From Gemmatimonadota bacterium (GTDB lineage: Bacteria; Gemmatimonadota; Gemmatimonadetes; Palauibacterales; Palauibacteraceae), in NCBI GenBank assembly GCA_965116475.1, contig OZ220691.1, positions 2,976,001-3,040,000 of the forward strand: DNA of 64,000 nucleotides. Reading direction: 5' to 3'. Shown one piece after another: positions 39,074 to 49,235 of this stretch (position 1 is the stretch's first letter; each line of letters starts with the position of its first letter). Position numbers and translations under genes: made by a program. The notes beneath the pieces are model-generated. The model did not search any database. It had not been told where the DNA came from and worked only from the letters and a program-made list of their open reading frames with translations.

Positions 39074-39997
39074 CTAGTAGCCGTGCTCCACGGTGACGGA
39101 ACCGAGTCCGGCGACCAGCGCGACCTCCAGCCGCACGCGTGCCGTCTCCCAATTGGGACTGAGCCAGTAGTCTCCCACCTGCTCGAAGTTCGCCGCGCTC
39201 AGGGAGGCGAGTCCGCTGCGCCGCACCCGGACGCCGACATGCTCAGGAACCCGCATCAGGAGTTCGCCCAGCCCCATCCTGATCTCGGCCTCGGCGCTCG
39301 ATCGCCAGGATCCCGAGAAGTCCAGGACGACGTCGCCCACGAACCCGTAGAACTCCAGGCGCCGGAAGCGGGCGTTGCCGAGATTCTCGGCCGCGAAGGC
39401 CGCAGCGCCCGACTTGATGGACAGCAACTCCATCGGCGCGCGGTTCTCGCGGGCGAAACCGACCTCCACGTCGCCGGCGCCGGTGAGGAGTTCAAGCCTG
39501 GTTAGGCGGGCGTCGCCGAGGTTGAGACGCGCTCGTCCGGCACCGATCCCCAGGCGCAGATCCGTGGGCACCGAGGGGTTCAGGGACAGATCCAGCCTCC
39601 CGGACGCGTCCGCATCGCGGGGGAGGTCGTCGAGTTCGATCTCCATGTCGCCCCACCGCCCCTGGTCGGCATCGCGCCGGTCCTCCGGTGACGAGGAAGT
39701 AGTGAGCCGCAGGTGCCCCGTTCGACCCGCGCGACGCCATTCGCGATGGGGCAGGGAACGTTCGGCGTCGTAGCGGAGCCGCACGTCGTAGAGCAGTTGT
39801 GTCTCCGAGGCGGACACGTCGAGCCGCCCGCCTCCGTACATGAGTTCGATTTCCAGCGCTCCCACGTCGCCGACCTGGCGCGCCGAGCGGAAGTCCCGCC
39901 ACTCCTGCGCCGCGGCCGGCGCCATCCCCGCGCCGAGCAACAGCGAAACAAGCGCGACCGGCAGCGTCCGCGCGGCAGCTATCCGGGCATCAGGCAT
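39074..39997 (-). CDS. Secreted beta-solenoid protein (LiaF/DUF2154 toast-rack-like)
   Basis: Signal peptide and repeated beta strands (GIGAGRARLNL, GAGDVEV, GLGELLM, GLGSVTV). Confidence 0.7.
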   Translation of the reverse strand: MPDARIAAARTLPVALVSLLLGAGMAPAAAQEWRDFRSARQVGDVGALEIELMYGGGRLDVSASETQLLYDVRLRYDAERSLPHREWRRAGRTGHLRLTTSSSPEDRRDADQGRWGDMEIELDDLPRDADASGRLDLSLNPSVPTDLRLGIGAGRARLNLGDARLTRLELLTGAGDVEVGFARENRAPMELLSIKSGAAAFAAENLGNARFRRLEFYGFVGDVVLDFSGSWRSSAEAEIRMGLGELLMRVPEHVGVRVRRSGLASLSAANFEQVGDYWLSPNWETARVRLEVALVAGLGSVTVEHGY

Positions 39998-41588
39998 CGT
40001 CGGCGGGAGCCGCGGGCGGATCGGGTTCGGCCCCCGGCGACGGGCTCTCGCCGGCGACGTTGTCCGCCGACCAGTCGATCACGACGCTGCGTCCGCCGGC
40101 CCGCGTGAGCAGGACGCCTCCGAAGCCGGCCGTGACGACGATCCATGTGCCGACGCCGGCCACGAAGAGGATCAGGCCGCGTACGAAGTCCGCCGCGCCG
40201 CCGAACACCCAGAGGGCGGCGCCCGCGGCGAAGGGGAGCATCAGAAGCGCGAGTCCGCTGACGACGTAGTAGTAGGAGTTCGAGCGGCGGAGTCGCTCCA
40301 GCCATTCGGAGCGGAAGCGGCGTCGGGCGAAGATCTCGCCGCCGGCGTGCGCCGCCGCGAGATACCCAACGACCTGGGCGAACGCTACGGCGGGAATGAG
40401 GAAGAGTGCGACCGGGATAGTGAGGACCAGCACGGTGAGGACAAGAACCAAGGGAAGGAACAGCACCTCCGCGGCGAGGCCCATCGCAAACGAGCGGGCG
40501 AACTCCAGCCGCACCGTATCCGAGACGGTCTCCAGTCGGCGGCGCCCGAAATACACGAGCAGCAAGCCAAGTGCGGCGAGAACCATGAACGCGCACCCCG
40601 CGGCGATTACGCCCTCGGCAGCGCGCCCGAAGTTGCGCAGGAGACGCGACGCCAGACCCGGCTGTGCCGGCCGCATCTGCACCGGAACGTCGAACGACTC
40701 GACCCGCCGAACGGAGGGAGCTTCCGTCGCCGCGCGCGTGGGAGAGGCCGGAGCCAGCCGAATGTCGGAGAGGATCTCCCCTTCGACCCGCGACGCTTCT
40801 TCGCCGACGTCGACCTCGCCTCCCACCTGAAGCACATCGCCTCGCACCCGCGCGCCGCCGCCCAGCACCAGCGCGCCATCCAGCACGAGGACATCGCCCT
40901 CGACGCTGCCCGCGAGGCTCAGCGTGCCGTCGAGAATGGCGACATCTCCCGGGACCGTTGCCTCGGCGAGAACCTCGTAGTCGCCGTGGACGATCATGGC
41001 CAGCCGGTCCTCGATGAGTTCGCCCGAGTCGCCGAGCCGGCCGAGCGCGTCGCGCAGGCGATCCAGTTCGCTGGTGACGTCGAAGCCAAGTCCGCCGGGG
41101 ACGATCTGCATGGGTCCGGGCTGCCCGGGGATCCCCGGCGCCGTTTCGCCCGCGGGGAGGGCGGGCGCCGCTCCGGCCGCCGCCGGCACGGCGAGCCCGA
41201 GAATCGCGTCGAGCCGACCGGCAAGCGCCCGGGCCGCATCCCGGTCGACAGCCTCCTCCGACGCACCCCACTCCTCCAGGGCCTGCCGGAATTCGATGAG
41301 GCCGCTTCGCACCGCGGAAGCATCCTCCCCGGCGTGTTCGCGAAGGAAATCGCGCCAGGCGCTCTCCAGGTCTCCGCGCGCCGCGAAGGATCCGATCCCG
41401 ATTCCGTCCACTTCGACGGTCTCGCCCTCGAAACGAAGTCGATGCTCGGTCCCGCCCTCGAGTTCGAACCACAACTCCGCCCGTCCGCCGGCCGAGAGCG
41501 TGATCGCGGCGTCGGCGATGCCGATCTCCTGCGCGTCGACGGGAGGCGTGACCGCGAGACAGGCCAGGAACGCCAGCGCCCGCCTCAT
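39990..41588 (-). CDS. Membrane protein with bactofilin-like beta-helix repeats
   Basis: Signal peptide, V.GDV repeats, several C-terminal TM helices; ATGA overlap. Confidence 0.75.
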   Translation of the reverse strand: MRRALAFLACLAVTPPVDAQEIGIADAAITLSAGGRAELWFELEGGTEHRLRFEGETVEVDGIGIGSFAARGDLESAWRDFLREHAGEDASAVRSGLIEFRQALEEWGASEEAVDRDAARALAGRLDAILGLAVPAAAGAAPALPAGETAPGIPGQPGPMQIVPGGLGFDVTSELDRLRDALGRLGDSGELIEDRLAMIVHGDYEVLAEATVPGDVAILDGTLSLAGSVEGDVLVLDGALVLGGGARVRGDVLQVGGEVDVGEEASRVEGEILSDIRLAPASPTRAATEAPSVRRVESFDVPVQMRPAQPGLASRLLRNFGRAAEGVIAAGCAFMVLAALGLLLVYFGRRRLETVSDTVRLEFARSFAMGLAAEVLFLPLVLVLTVLVLTIPVALFLIPAVAFAQVVGYLAAAHAGGEIFARRRFRSEWLERLRRSNSYYYVVSGLALLMLPFAAGAALWVFGGAADFVRGLILFVAGVGTWIVVTAGFGGVLLTRAGGRSVVIDWSADNVAGESPSPGAEPDPPAAPADDA

Positions 41589-42376
41589 GCGGCCCTCTCG
41601 ATGCGAACGCGCTGTGGGAGCGGCTGCCGGAACAGCCTGGCCATGAACCAGAGAGAGGCGAGTCCGACAAGACTGGACAGCGCCAGGCTGCCGAGCGCGG
41701 CGGCGGGGCTGATCCGCTCGACGATCGACCCGCCCGCGTCCACCAGTCCGAGACGGTACGCCAAGCGGCCGGCCGCGAGCATGGTGTCGACAAGAACGGT
41801 TCGTGCGCCGCTGAAGGCGACGGTGAGGAGCTGCCCGGGCGCCACGCCCTGAGCGCCGAACAGCCAGGCCGCGGCGCCTCCCGACACGGTCAGCATGGCC
41901 GCGCCCGCCGTGGCCAGCGCCGCCCGGCGCCGCCGCGCGAAGCGCAGGAGGCGTTCGGGCCACGGGACCGGCAATCGCACGCGGGCCATCACCGCCGAGG
42001 CGAACGCCGGGGCGGGAGACCAGGTGCGGAGCCTCGAGAGCGCGCGGTCGAGCGCCGGATGAGGCAGGTCGACCCGCGCCAGGACGTCGCTTGCGAAGGA
42101 AGGCGCGGGGGACCACCCGGGCAGCTCCGCCAACCGTTGATCGAGCGCGGCGCCTGCGACGTCGACCCGCCGTGCGACGCCCGCCGCAAACCCGTCGGAC
42201 GGCCGATGCGGGGCCAGGCCCTCGAGAAACGCGACGACGTCGCGCAGCGCCTCCACTTCCTTCCGGCAACGGGCGCACGCGGCCAGGTGGTCGGCTGTCG
42301 TCCCGCGCGCGGGCGACGCCGACCTCCGGCTGGCGAATCGCTCGATTTCCTCAGGCGTAAGATGCGGCAAGTTCAC
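41585..42376 (-). CDS. Zinc-binding anti-sigma factor (ZAS/zf-HC2)
   Basis: HL...HLAACARC (H-x3-C-x2-C), TM helices, position downstream of an ECF sigma; GTG start. Confidence 0.8.
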   Translation of the reverse strand: MNLPHLTPEEIERFASRRSASPARGTTADHLAACARCRKEVEALRDVVAFLEGLAPHRPSDGFAAGVARRVDVAGAALDQRLAELPGWSPAPSFASDVLARVDLPHPALDRALSRLRTWSPAPAFASAVMARVRLPVPWPERLLRFARRRRAALATAGAAMLTVSGGAAAWLFGAQGVAPGQLLTVAFSGARTVLVDTMLAAGRLAYRLGLVDAGGSIVERISPAAALGSLALSSLVGLASLWFMARLFRQPLPQRVRIERAA

Positions 42377-42429
42377 TCCTGTTCTCCCTGGAGGCGCCGG
42401 CAACCCTCGGCAAATGCGGCCGCGGGCTG

Positions 42430-43023
42430 CTACGGCTCCGTCAGATGTACGAGAGCGGCCTTCAATTCGTTTCTCGCCCGGTGGATGTAGGTCTTCACCG
42501 TCCCGAGCGGGATCTCCATCACCTGCGCGATCTCGTCGTACGCGTACCCCTCGATGTGCCGCAGAAGGATCGCGGTTCGGTATTCGGGTCGGAGTTGTCC
42601 GATGGCCGCTTCGATCTCGGATCCGAGTTCGCGGGCCTCGAGGAGTTCATCGGGTCGTTCGTCACCGGAGACCAGCGTGATTTCCGTCGCGGCCTGGCGG
42701 TCCGGGGTCACGGCGTCCGGCGCCCCGTGCATGGAAACGACATCGAGTTCCTTCTTGCGCAGGTGATCTATCGTCAGGTTGTAGCCGATCTTGAAGAGCC
42801 AGGAGGAAAATTTGTAGGAGGGATCGTACCGGCGGAGATTGTTCAGCGTGCGGACGAACGTTTCCTGGGCGAGGTCCTCCGCGAGTTCACGATCCCGCAC
42901 CATCCGGAAGATGAGAGAGAAGACCGGACGCTCGAACCGGAGCACGATCTCGCGTGCGGCCCGTTCGTCGCCGTGGAGGCACATCTCCACCAGCGTCTGC
43001 TCGCTGTGATCCGAGTAGCTCAC
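42430..43023 (-). CDS. ECF RNA polymerase sigma factor (SigW/RpoE-like)
   Basis: AEDLAQETF, FSSWLFKI..N..IDHLRK and YDEIA..GTVKTYIHRAR motifs; GTG start at 43023. Confidence 0.93.
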   Translation of the reverse strand: MSYSDHSEQTLVEMCLHGDERAAREIVLRFERPVFSLIFRMVRDRELAEDLAQETFVRTLNNLRRYDPSYKFSSWLFKIGYNLTIDHLRKKELDVVSMHGAPDAVTPDRQAATEITLVSGDERPDELLEARELGSEIEAAIGQLRPEYRTAILLRHIEGYAYDEIAQVMEIPLGTVKTYIHRARNELKAALVHLTEP

Positions 43024-43076
43024 TCGATCCTGCCCCTCCGGGTGGCGACGGCGGGCCGGCGGCGGCCGGGTCGCCA

Positions 43077-43101
43077 TGACCGACGCTGCACGCCGGGTTC
43101 C
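43077..43101 (-). promoter_or_regulatory. ECF-type autoregulatory promoter candidate
   Basis: GGAAC-N16-GTCA upstream of the sigma gene. Confidence 0.55.
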
Positions 43102-43186
43102 GGCCCACCCTACACGGCTCCGCGACCAATATGCGCGCCGAAGGCCGTCATCGGCATGCGCCGGCCCTGCTCCGGAGCGAACGACG

Positions 43187-44062
43187 CTAGCTCTGGCAGT
43201 CGGCACAGAAGAACGAACTCCGTCCGGCCTGCACGATCCGGCGGATTGGTCGGGCGCAGGCGGGGCAGGCGACTCCTTCGCGCTGGTAGACGTGCAGCCG
43301 CGTCTGAAAGGAGCCCGAACGGCCGTTGACGGCCCGATAGTCCCGCAGCGTTGTTCCCGCGCTCCGGAGCGCCTCGCGCAGGACCGCCCGCACCGCCCGA
43401 TGCAGTCGGCGCACCTCCGCCGCGCCGAGCGAACCGGCCGGCCGGCGCGGGTCGATCCTCGCGCGGTACAACGCCTCGCTCGCGTAGATGTTCCCCACAC
43501 CCGCGACGCGCCGCTGGTCCAGCAGGGCGTTCTTGATCGGCGCCCGCAGCGGCGCGACGATGCGAGCCAGACGGGCGGCGGTGAACGTTCGGCCGAGGGG
43601 CTCCGGTCCGAGCGCGGCCTCCCGGGTCTTCCACGCCTCGGGCGTCAGCAGGTCGAAGCCGCCGAGGCGGCGGACATCGTCGTAGAAGAGCGTCCGGCCA
43701 TCGTCGAGTTCGAAGTCGAGACCCGGATGCCTGAACTCCGCCGACTGCGGGCGTTGCGGGGCGAGCGCGAACCGGCCCGTCATGCGGACCTGCACGCGCA
43801 TCAACAGCTCTACAGGGGCGTCGCTGGGGACGTCGCTCGGAGCGTCGATGCCGTCCGCCGCGTGGAGCGGGAAGAGCAGGTACTTGGCGCGGCGGTCCGC
43901 GTCTCCGAAGGTGCGCCCGAGCACGGCGCGGGAAAACGACCGCGCCGAAAGCCCTCCGAGGATCAGGTCGTCGTGATGGACGCGGGTGCGGCGGATCCGT
44001 CGGCCCCGGAGGAGCGGGGCGAGGTCCCGCCGCATCGTCTCGACCTCCGGAAGCTCCGGCAC
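43187..44062 (-). CDS. mutM: Formamidopyrimidine-DNA glycosylase
   Basis: N-terminal PELPEVE, RRAKY, GVGNIYASE and C-terminal zinc finger. Confidence 0.95.
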   Translation of the reverse strand: MPELPEVETMRRDLAPLLRGRRIRRTRVHHDDLILGGLSARSFSRAVLGRTFGDADRRAKYLLFPLHAADGIDAPSDVPSDAPVELLMRVQVRMTGRFALAPQRPQSAEFRHPGLDFELDDGRTLFYDDVRRLGGFDLLTPEAWKTREAALGPEPLGRTFTAARLARIVAPLRAPIKNALLDQRRVAGVGNIYASEALYRARIDPRRPAGSLGAAEVRRLHRAVRAVLREALRSAGTTLRDYRAVNGRSGSFQTRLHVYQREGVACPACARPIRRIVQAGRSSFFCADCQS

Positions 44063-44063
44063 G

Positions 44064-45392
44064 TCAACCCTGGCGTCGTGTCCCTGAGGGGTGGATGCGC
44101 GCCGACTCGTCCGGTGCGAGGCGGCCGGGATCGAGTTCGTGCCAGCCGATGTCGGATCGGGAATGAGCGCCATCGAATCGAATCCGGGCCGCGGCTTCAC
44201 GGCTTCGCCGTGCGGCCTCCTCGAGCGTCCCGCCGAACCCCGTGATGCCGAGTACACGCCCTCCCGCCGTGACCAGCCGCCCCTGCTCCATCGCGGTCCC
44301 GGCGTGAAACACCCTCACCTCGGCGGGGTCGAAGGCGGGAATCTCGATCCGCCGCCCCGAATCCGAGCTCTCGGGATACCCCGCGCTCGCCATCACCGTG
44401 ACGAGCGCGTGTCCGGGAGCCGCTGCGGGGCGCCAGCCGGCGAGCGAGTCGCCGTGCGCGACCCGCAGCATCGGTTCGAGCAGGTTCGAACTCGTGAGCG
44501 GGAGTACGACCTGCGTCTCCGGATCTCCCATCCGACAGTTGAACTCGACGACGCGCGGCCCCGTGGCGGTCAGCATGAGCCCCGCGTACAGGAAGCCTCG
44601 GTAGGGGGCGCCGGACTCCGCCATCGCGTCGAGCACGGGTTGCGCAATGTCGCGCCGCACTTCGTCGATGAAGTCCGGGTCCGCCGGCGCCGCCGGAGAG
44701 TAGGCCCCCATGCCGCCGGTGTTCAGGCCGCGGTCTCGTTCCCCGACCCGCTTGTAATCCCGGGATGTGAGCAGCGGGACGGCGCGTTCCCCGTCCGCCA
44801 GGAAAAACACGGACAGCTCCACGCCGCGCATGAACTCCTCGATCACGACCCGGCCGCCCGCGTCCCCGAACTTTCGGTCGACCATCATCTCCTCGACCGC
44901 CGTGCGGGCTTCGCCCCGCGTTCGGCAGACGATGGCGCCCTTGCCGGCCGCCAGACCGGAGGCCTTTACGACGAGGGGTTCCTCGTGGCCCGCGACATAA
45001 TCCAGCGCCGCCGCGGCGTCGTCGAAGGTCTCGTGATCCGCCGTCGGAACGCCGCAGTCGCGCAGCAGGCGTTTCGCGAACGCCTTGGAAGCCTCGAGGC
45101 GGGCTCCCGCCCGGTCGGGCCCGAAGACGGGCAGCCCGGCCTCGGCGAAGCGGTCGGCGATGCCCGCCGCGAGCGGCGCTTCGGGGCCAACGACGGTGAG
45201 GTCGATGCGCCGCGCCGCCGCGAAGTCGAGCAGGCCTGGGATATCCCCGGCCTGGATATCGACGAGTTCCGCCGTGCCGAGCATGCCCGGGTTCCCCGGG
45301 GCCGCGTAGATGGTGGCATCCGGCGCGTCGCGGCGGAGGCAGTCCGCGAAGGCGTGCTCCCGGCCGCCGCTTCCGATGATGAGGAGGTTCAC
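44064..45392 (-). CDS. purD: Phosphoribosylamine-glycine ligase
   Basis: IGSGGREHA, VGPEAPL, GLAAGKG, NTGGMG and EFNCRMGDPE motifs. Confidence 0.96.
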   Translation of the reverse strand: MNLLIIGSGGREHAFADCLRRDAPDATIYAAPGNPGMLGTAELVDIQAGDIPGLLDFAAARRIDLTVVGPEAPLAAGIADRFAEAGLPVFGPDRAGARLEASKAFAKRLLRDCGVPTADHETFDDAAAALDYVAGHEEPLVVKASGLAAGKGAIVCRTRGEARTAVEEMMVDRKFGDAGGRVVIEEFMRGVELSVFFLADGERAVPLLTSRDYKRVGERDRGLNTGGMGAYSPAAPADPDFIDEVRRDIAQPVLDAMAESGAPYRGFLYAGLMLTATGPRVVEFNCRMGDPETQVVLPLTSSNLLEPMLRVAHGDSLAGWRPAAAPGHALVTVMASAGYPESSDSGRRIEIPAFDPAEVRVFHAGTAMEQGRLVTAGGRVLGITGFGGTLEEAARRSREAAARIRFDGAHSRSDIGWHELDPGRLAPDESARIHPSGTRRQG

Positions 45393-45394
45393 AG

Positions 45395-46384
45395 CTAGTC
45401 GTCCGCGCGTCCCCGGAAGGCGCCGGTCAGCCGGTCCCGCAATCGATCCACCGCGGCATCGACCTCGTCGAAGAGTTCGCGCGCGCCGTCCTGATAGCCC
45501 TTCGCCGCCTCGCGAAGATCCTCGCGGTACGGACGGTCGTCCTTCTCATCCCGGTGCTGGTACTCGCCCGCCAGGATGCGGTCGTACTCGCCGCTCTCGA
45601 TCCAGTCGCGCAGTTCGGCCACGCGGATGACGGCGAACGGGTGGGTCTGGCCGAGCACGTTGAGCACCTTGTAGACGGCGTCGAGGAGGTCGCCGCCCGC
45701 CCTGTATTCGTCGGACTGCGCGATGAACTCGTCGAGGTCGAGAGAGACGCCCCGCCCACCGCCCGCGAGCTGCATCAGCGCGGACATCGCGACCTGCGGA
45801 TTCTGCACCGCGAGGAGCCCGGCGCGGTCCGATGAGAGTTCGCTCTTCCGGTACCACTCCATGAGGCCCATGTAGATCGGCAGAAGCGCAAGGCCGGCGA
45901 ACGTATAGCGGAGAGCGACCAGGTTGAGAACCAGGATCAGCATGGTCCGGTAGAGCACGTGCCCGGATACGATGTGTCCGACTTCGTGGCCGAGGACAGC
46001 CTCGACCTCGTCCTCCGACAGGATCTCGAGCATCGAGGAGTTGAGGACGATGAACGGCTCGCCGAACCCCACCGCTCCCGCGTTCACCAGGTGCGTCTGC
46101 GAGATGTAGCATTCCGGCGGCTTCTCCACGTCGAGTACCTCGCACACACGCGCCAGGCGCGCGTGAACCCATGCGTATTGCCGCTCGGACGTACGCACGG
46201 CGTTGGCCTTGAAGGCGAGCCGGATCGCGCGCTCGCCGAACAGAGCGAAGATCTTGCGCAAAAGGAGATCGAACCCCGGGATCTTGCGCAGCGTATTCAG
46301 CGCCGCCCGGTCCGCCGGGTGTTCCCACGAGATCGCGGCGATCTGCGTGAGGATCCGCCTCTGGTGTTCGTCGCCTGCCGCCAT
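45395..46384 (-). CDS. M48 family zinc metallopeptidase
   Basis: WEHPAD, HEVGH, ELSSDRAG and THP motifs. Confidence 0.88.
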   Translation of the reverse strand: MAAGDEHQRRILTQIAAISWEHPADRAALNTLRKIPGFDLLLRKIFALFGERAIRLAFKANAVRTSERQYAWVHARLARVCEVLDVEKPPECYISQTHLVNAGAVGFGEPFIVLNSSMLEILSEDEVEAVLGHEVGHIVSGHVLYRTMLILVLNLVALRYTFAGLALLPIYMGLMEWYRKSELSSDRAGLLAVQNPQVAMSALMQLAGGGRGVSLDLDEFIAQSDEYRAGGDLLDAVYKVLNVLGQTHPFAVIRVAELRDWIESGEYDRILAGEYQHRDEKDDRPYREDLREAAKGYQDGARELFDEVDAAVDRLRDRLTGAFRGRADD

Positions 46385-46516
46385 CTATCACCCCCCTTGC
46401 GCGTCAATCGCGCTCGTGTGAGCCGGCCGATTCGCGGGGCCGGCTTCCGCGCTCCCGGCTCTACGTCCGGCCCCGATCCCCTGTTTCAACCGTCCGGACG
46501 GCCGCACCCCCGCCGC

Positions 46517-47677
46517 TCAGAGACGGGAAAGAGCCCGCTCGATGTCCTCCGAGAGATCGTCGCCATCCTCCACGCCCACCGACAGTCGTACGAGTCCCGG
46601 TCCCAGTCCGATCTCCCGCTTCTTTTCGTCGGGTACCGAAGCGTGGGTCATCGAAGAGGGAACGCATACCAGGCTTTCGACCCCGCCGAGACTCTCGGCC
46701 AGCTGGAACACCCGTGTGAGTCCGGCGAAGCGGTTGGCCCGTTCCTCCGTACCCAGATCGAAGCTCACCATGGAGCCGAAGTCGCGCATCTGGCGCTTGG
46801 CCAGTGCATGTTGCGGATGGCTCCGGAGGCCGGGATAGCGAACGGATTCGACTTCATCGTGGCCCCGCAGCACGTCGACGACCTGCCGCGCGTTCCGGCA
46901 GTGGGCCGGCATGCGCAGATGCAGCGTCTTCGTGCCTCGGAGGACGAGCCAGCAGTCGAAGGGACCCGGCACGGCCCCGCTCGTCTTCTGCTGAAAGTGG
47001 AACCCTTCGGCGAGTTCGCCGGAACTCGTGAGCAGGGCGCCGCCGATCATGTCGCTGTGGCCGTTGAGGAACTTCGTCGTCGAGTGCATTACGACATCCG
47101 CGCCATCGTCGAGCGGGCGCTGGAGGAAAGGCGTCGCGAACGTGTTGTCGACGGACAATACGGCTCCCGCATCGTGCGCGATCGCGGCGCAGGCCGCGAT
47201 ATCCGTGATCGTCATCGTCGGGTTGCTCGGCGTTTCGACGTGGATGAGGCGCGTCTCCGGGCGGATCGCGGCGCGAACCTGATCGAGATCTCCCGTGTTC
47301 ACGAAATCGAAGCCGACCCCGAAACGCTCCCACACGTGGCGCAGCATGCGGTCGACGCCCCCGTAGACGTCCGCGCCGCAGATGAGGTGGTCGCCCGCGT
47401 TGAGCACCGTCTTGACGATCGCCTCCGTCGCGGCGAGACCCGAAGAGAACGCCGCACCGTGCCGCCCGTTCTCGAGCGCGGCGAGGTTTTCCTGGAGAGC
47501 TTCGCGCGTGGGGTTCCTGACCCGCGCGTAGTCGTAGCCTTCGCGCGGCGCGCCGACGGCGTCCTGAACGTAGGTCGATGTCTGGAAGATCGGCGTCATG
47601 ATCGCCCCGGTCACGGGATCGGGGCGCTGCCCGGCGTGGATGGCCCGGGTTCCGAACCGTTGGGCGGCTGGGTCCAC
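46517..47677 (-). CDS. Cystathionine gamma-synthase/lyase (PLP-dependent)
   Basis: TRAIHAGQ, ETPSNP, DNTF, HSTTKFLNGHSD and AESLGGVESL motifs; GTG start with GGAG RBS. Confidence 0.92.
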   Translation of the reverse strand: MDPAAQRFGTRAIHAGQRPDPVTGAIMTPIFQTSTYVQDAVGAPREGYDYARVRNPTREALQENLAALENGRHGAAFSSGLAATEAIVKTVLNAGDHLICGADVYGGVDRMLRHVWERFGVGFDFVNTGDLDQVRAAIRPETRLIHVETPSNPTMTITDIAACAAIAHDAGAVLSVDNTFATPFLQRPLDDGADVVMHSTTKFLNGHSDMIGGALLTSSGELAEGFHFQQKTSGAVPGPFDCWLVLRGTKTLHLRMPAHCRNARQVVDVLRGHDEVESVRYPGLRSHPQHALAKRQMRDFGSMVSFDLGTEERANRFAGLTRVFQLAESLGGVESLVCVPSSMTHASVPDEKKREIGLGPGLVRLSVGVEDGDDLSEDIERALSRL

Positions 47678-47838
47678 GTCTTCATCTCCGGCTCGGGTAG
47701 AGGCAGACGACGCGTGACACGACGCATCGCGGGTCGAGTCCGCAAGGTATTCCCGCCGTGCGGGGAGGGCGACCGGAGCCGTCGCCGCAAGCCGCGCGGA
47801 CGACCAACCCTTAAGATCCCGCGTCCATCTCACCGTCG

Positions 47839-49227
47839 GTGGAGAACAGCGTGTCAAGGTCACTCATCGTTTCTGCTTCGGGCATCCGTGGAATCGTCGG
47901 GCGCGGGCTCACGCCCGACGTCGCGGCCCGCTACGGCGCCGCCTTCGCCGTCCGCCTCGCCGCAGCGGCCTCCGGTGGCGGGCATGTCCTGATCGGCCGC
48001 GACAGCCGCGTCTCCGGGCCCGCGCTGCTCGACGCCGTGTCGGCGGGGGTCCGGGCCGCCGGGCTGGACGTGTGCGACCTCGGGATCGTGGCGACGCCCA
48101 CGGGGCTCCTCGCCGTGGCGGAGGACGAGGCCGCGATCGGCGGACTCCTCGTGACCGCCTCCCACAACCCGGCGCCGTGGAACGGGCTCAAGCTCGTGGC
48201 GCGCGAGGGGCGGTTTCTCTCGGCGGCCGCCGGGCGGGACGTCCAGCGAGCTTTCGAGGGAGAGATCGAGTACGTGGAGTCGTCGCGCACGGGAGCCAGA
48301 AGCGCGCGGGAAGGCGCCGGCCGCGCTCACATCGAGCGGATTCTGTCGCTGCCGATCATCGACCCCGAACTCATCGCGTCAAAGGGGTTCCACGTCGCGC
48401 TCGACTGCGTGCGCGGCGCCGGAGGGCCGATCATGCTGCCGCTGCTGGAGCGCCTCGGCTGCCGGGTGAGCGGGCTCGATCTCGAGCCCGACGGCCGTTT
48501 TCCGCGTCCTCCCGAGCCTCTGGTCGAGAACCTCGGGAAGCTCTCCGCCCGCGTCACGGAGGTGTGCGCGGACATCGGTTTCGCCGTGGACCCCGATGTC
48601 GACCGCCTTGCCCTCGTGGACGAGAACGGGCGCCCCGTGGGCGAGGACTGGACCCTCGCGCTGGCCGTCGAACTCGTCGCGGCCCGCGAGCCCGCGCCCG
48701 TCGTTACCAACCTCTCCGCGAGCCGCCTGATTCAGGACGCGGCGGATCGCACCGGCGTACCGCTGATCCGCACACCGGTGGCGGAGGCCAACGTCGTCGC
48801 CCGCATGCTCGAAGCGGGGAGTTCGATCGGGGGAGAGGGGAACGGCGGCGTCATCTATGGAGGACTGCACCTCACGCGCGACGCACCGCTGGCCGCCGCT
48901 CTGATTCTGCAGTTCCTCGCGGAGAGCGGTTCCACCCTCGGCGCCGCGGTCGACGAGCGACCTTCGTACCGGATCGTGAAACGGACGATCTCGCGCGAAG
49001 GACTGGGCATCGAGGAGGCGCTCGCCGCGGTCGCCGCCGCGGCCCCGTCCGGAGCGGTGGTGGACCGGCAGGACGGAGTCCGGCTCGAGTGGCCGGATGG
49101 GTCGTGGATTCACGCCAGACCGTCCGGGACCGAGCCGATCTTCCGCATCATGGCGGAGGCGACCCGCGAGGCACTGGCGCACGAGCGGGCCGACTGGGTC
49201 AACGCCCTGGTGCGGCGCGCGGTCTGA
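47839..49227 (+). CDS. glmM: Phosphoglucosamine mutase / phosphohexomutase
   Basis: SGIRG, TASHNP, DPDVDR and RPSGTEP motifs; adjacent to glmS; start may be GTG 47851. Confidence 0.85.
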   Translation: MENSVSRSLIVSASGIRGIVGRGLTPDVAARYGAAFAVRLAAAASGGGHVLIGRDSRVSGPALLDAVSAGVRAAGLDVCDLGIVATPTGLLAVAEDEAAIGGLLVTASHNPAPWNGLKLVAREGRFLSAAAGRDVQRAFEGEIEYVESSRTGARSAREGAGRAHIERILSLPIIDPELIASKGFHVALDCVRGAGGPIMLPLLERLGCRVSGLDLEPDGRFPRPPEPLVENLGKLSARVTEVCADIGFAVDPDVDRLALVDENGRPVGEDWTLALAVELVAAREPAPVVTNLSASRLIQDAADRTGVPLIRTPVAEANVVARMLEAGSSIGGEGNGGVIYGGLHLTRDAPLAAALILQFLAESGSTLGAAVDERPSYRIVKRTISREGLGIEEALAAVAAAAPSGAVVDRQDGVRLEWPDGSWIHARPSGTEPIFRIMAEATREALAHERADWVNALVRRAV

Positions 49228-49235
49228 GCGGCGAG

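Noticed and set aside
43815..43860. Short repeat insertion in MutM (DAPSDVPSDAP)
   Set aside because: Probably a neutral surface-loop expansion; catalytic motifs are intact
48072..49235. Apparent N-terminal extension making GlmS 1006 aa
   Set aside because: Overlaps glmM in another frame; GlmS needs its catalytic Cys at the N-terminus (MCGIVG at 49236)
49228..49235. glmS ribozyme
   Set aside because: Only 8 nt separate glmM and glmS
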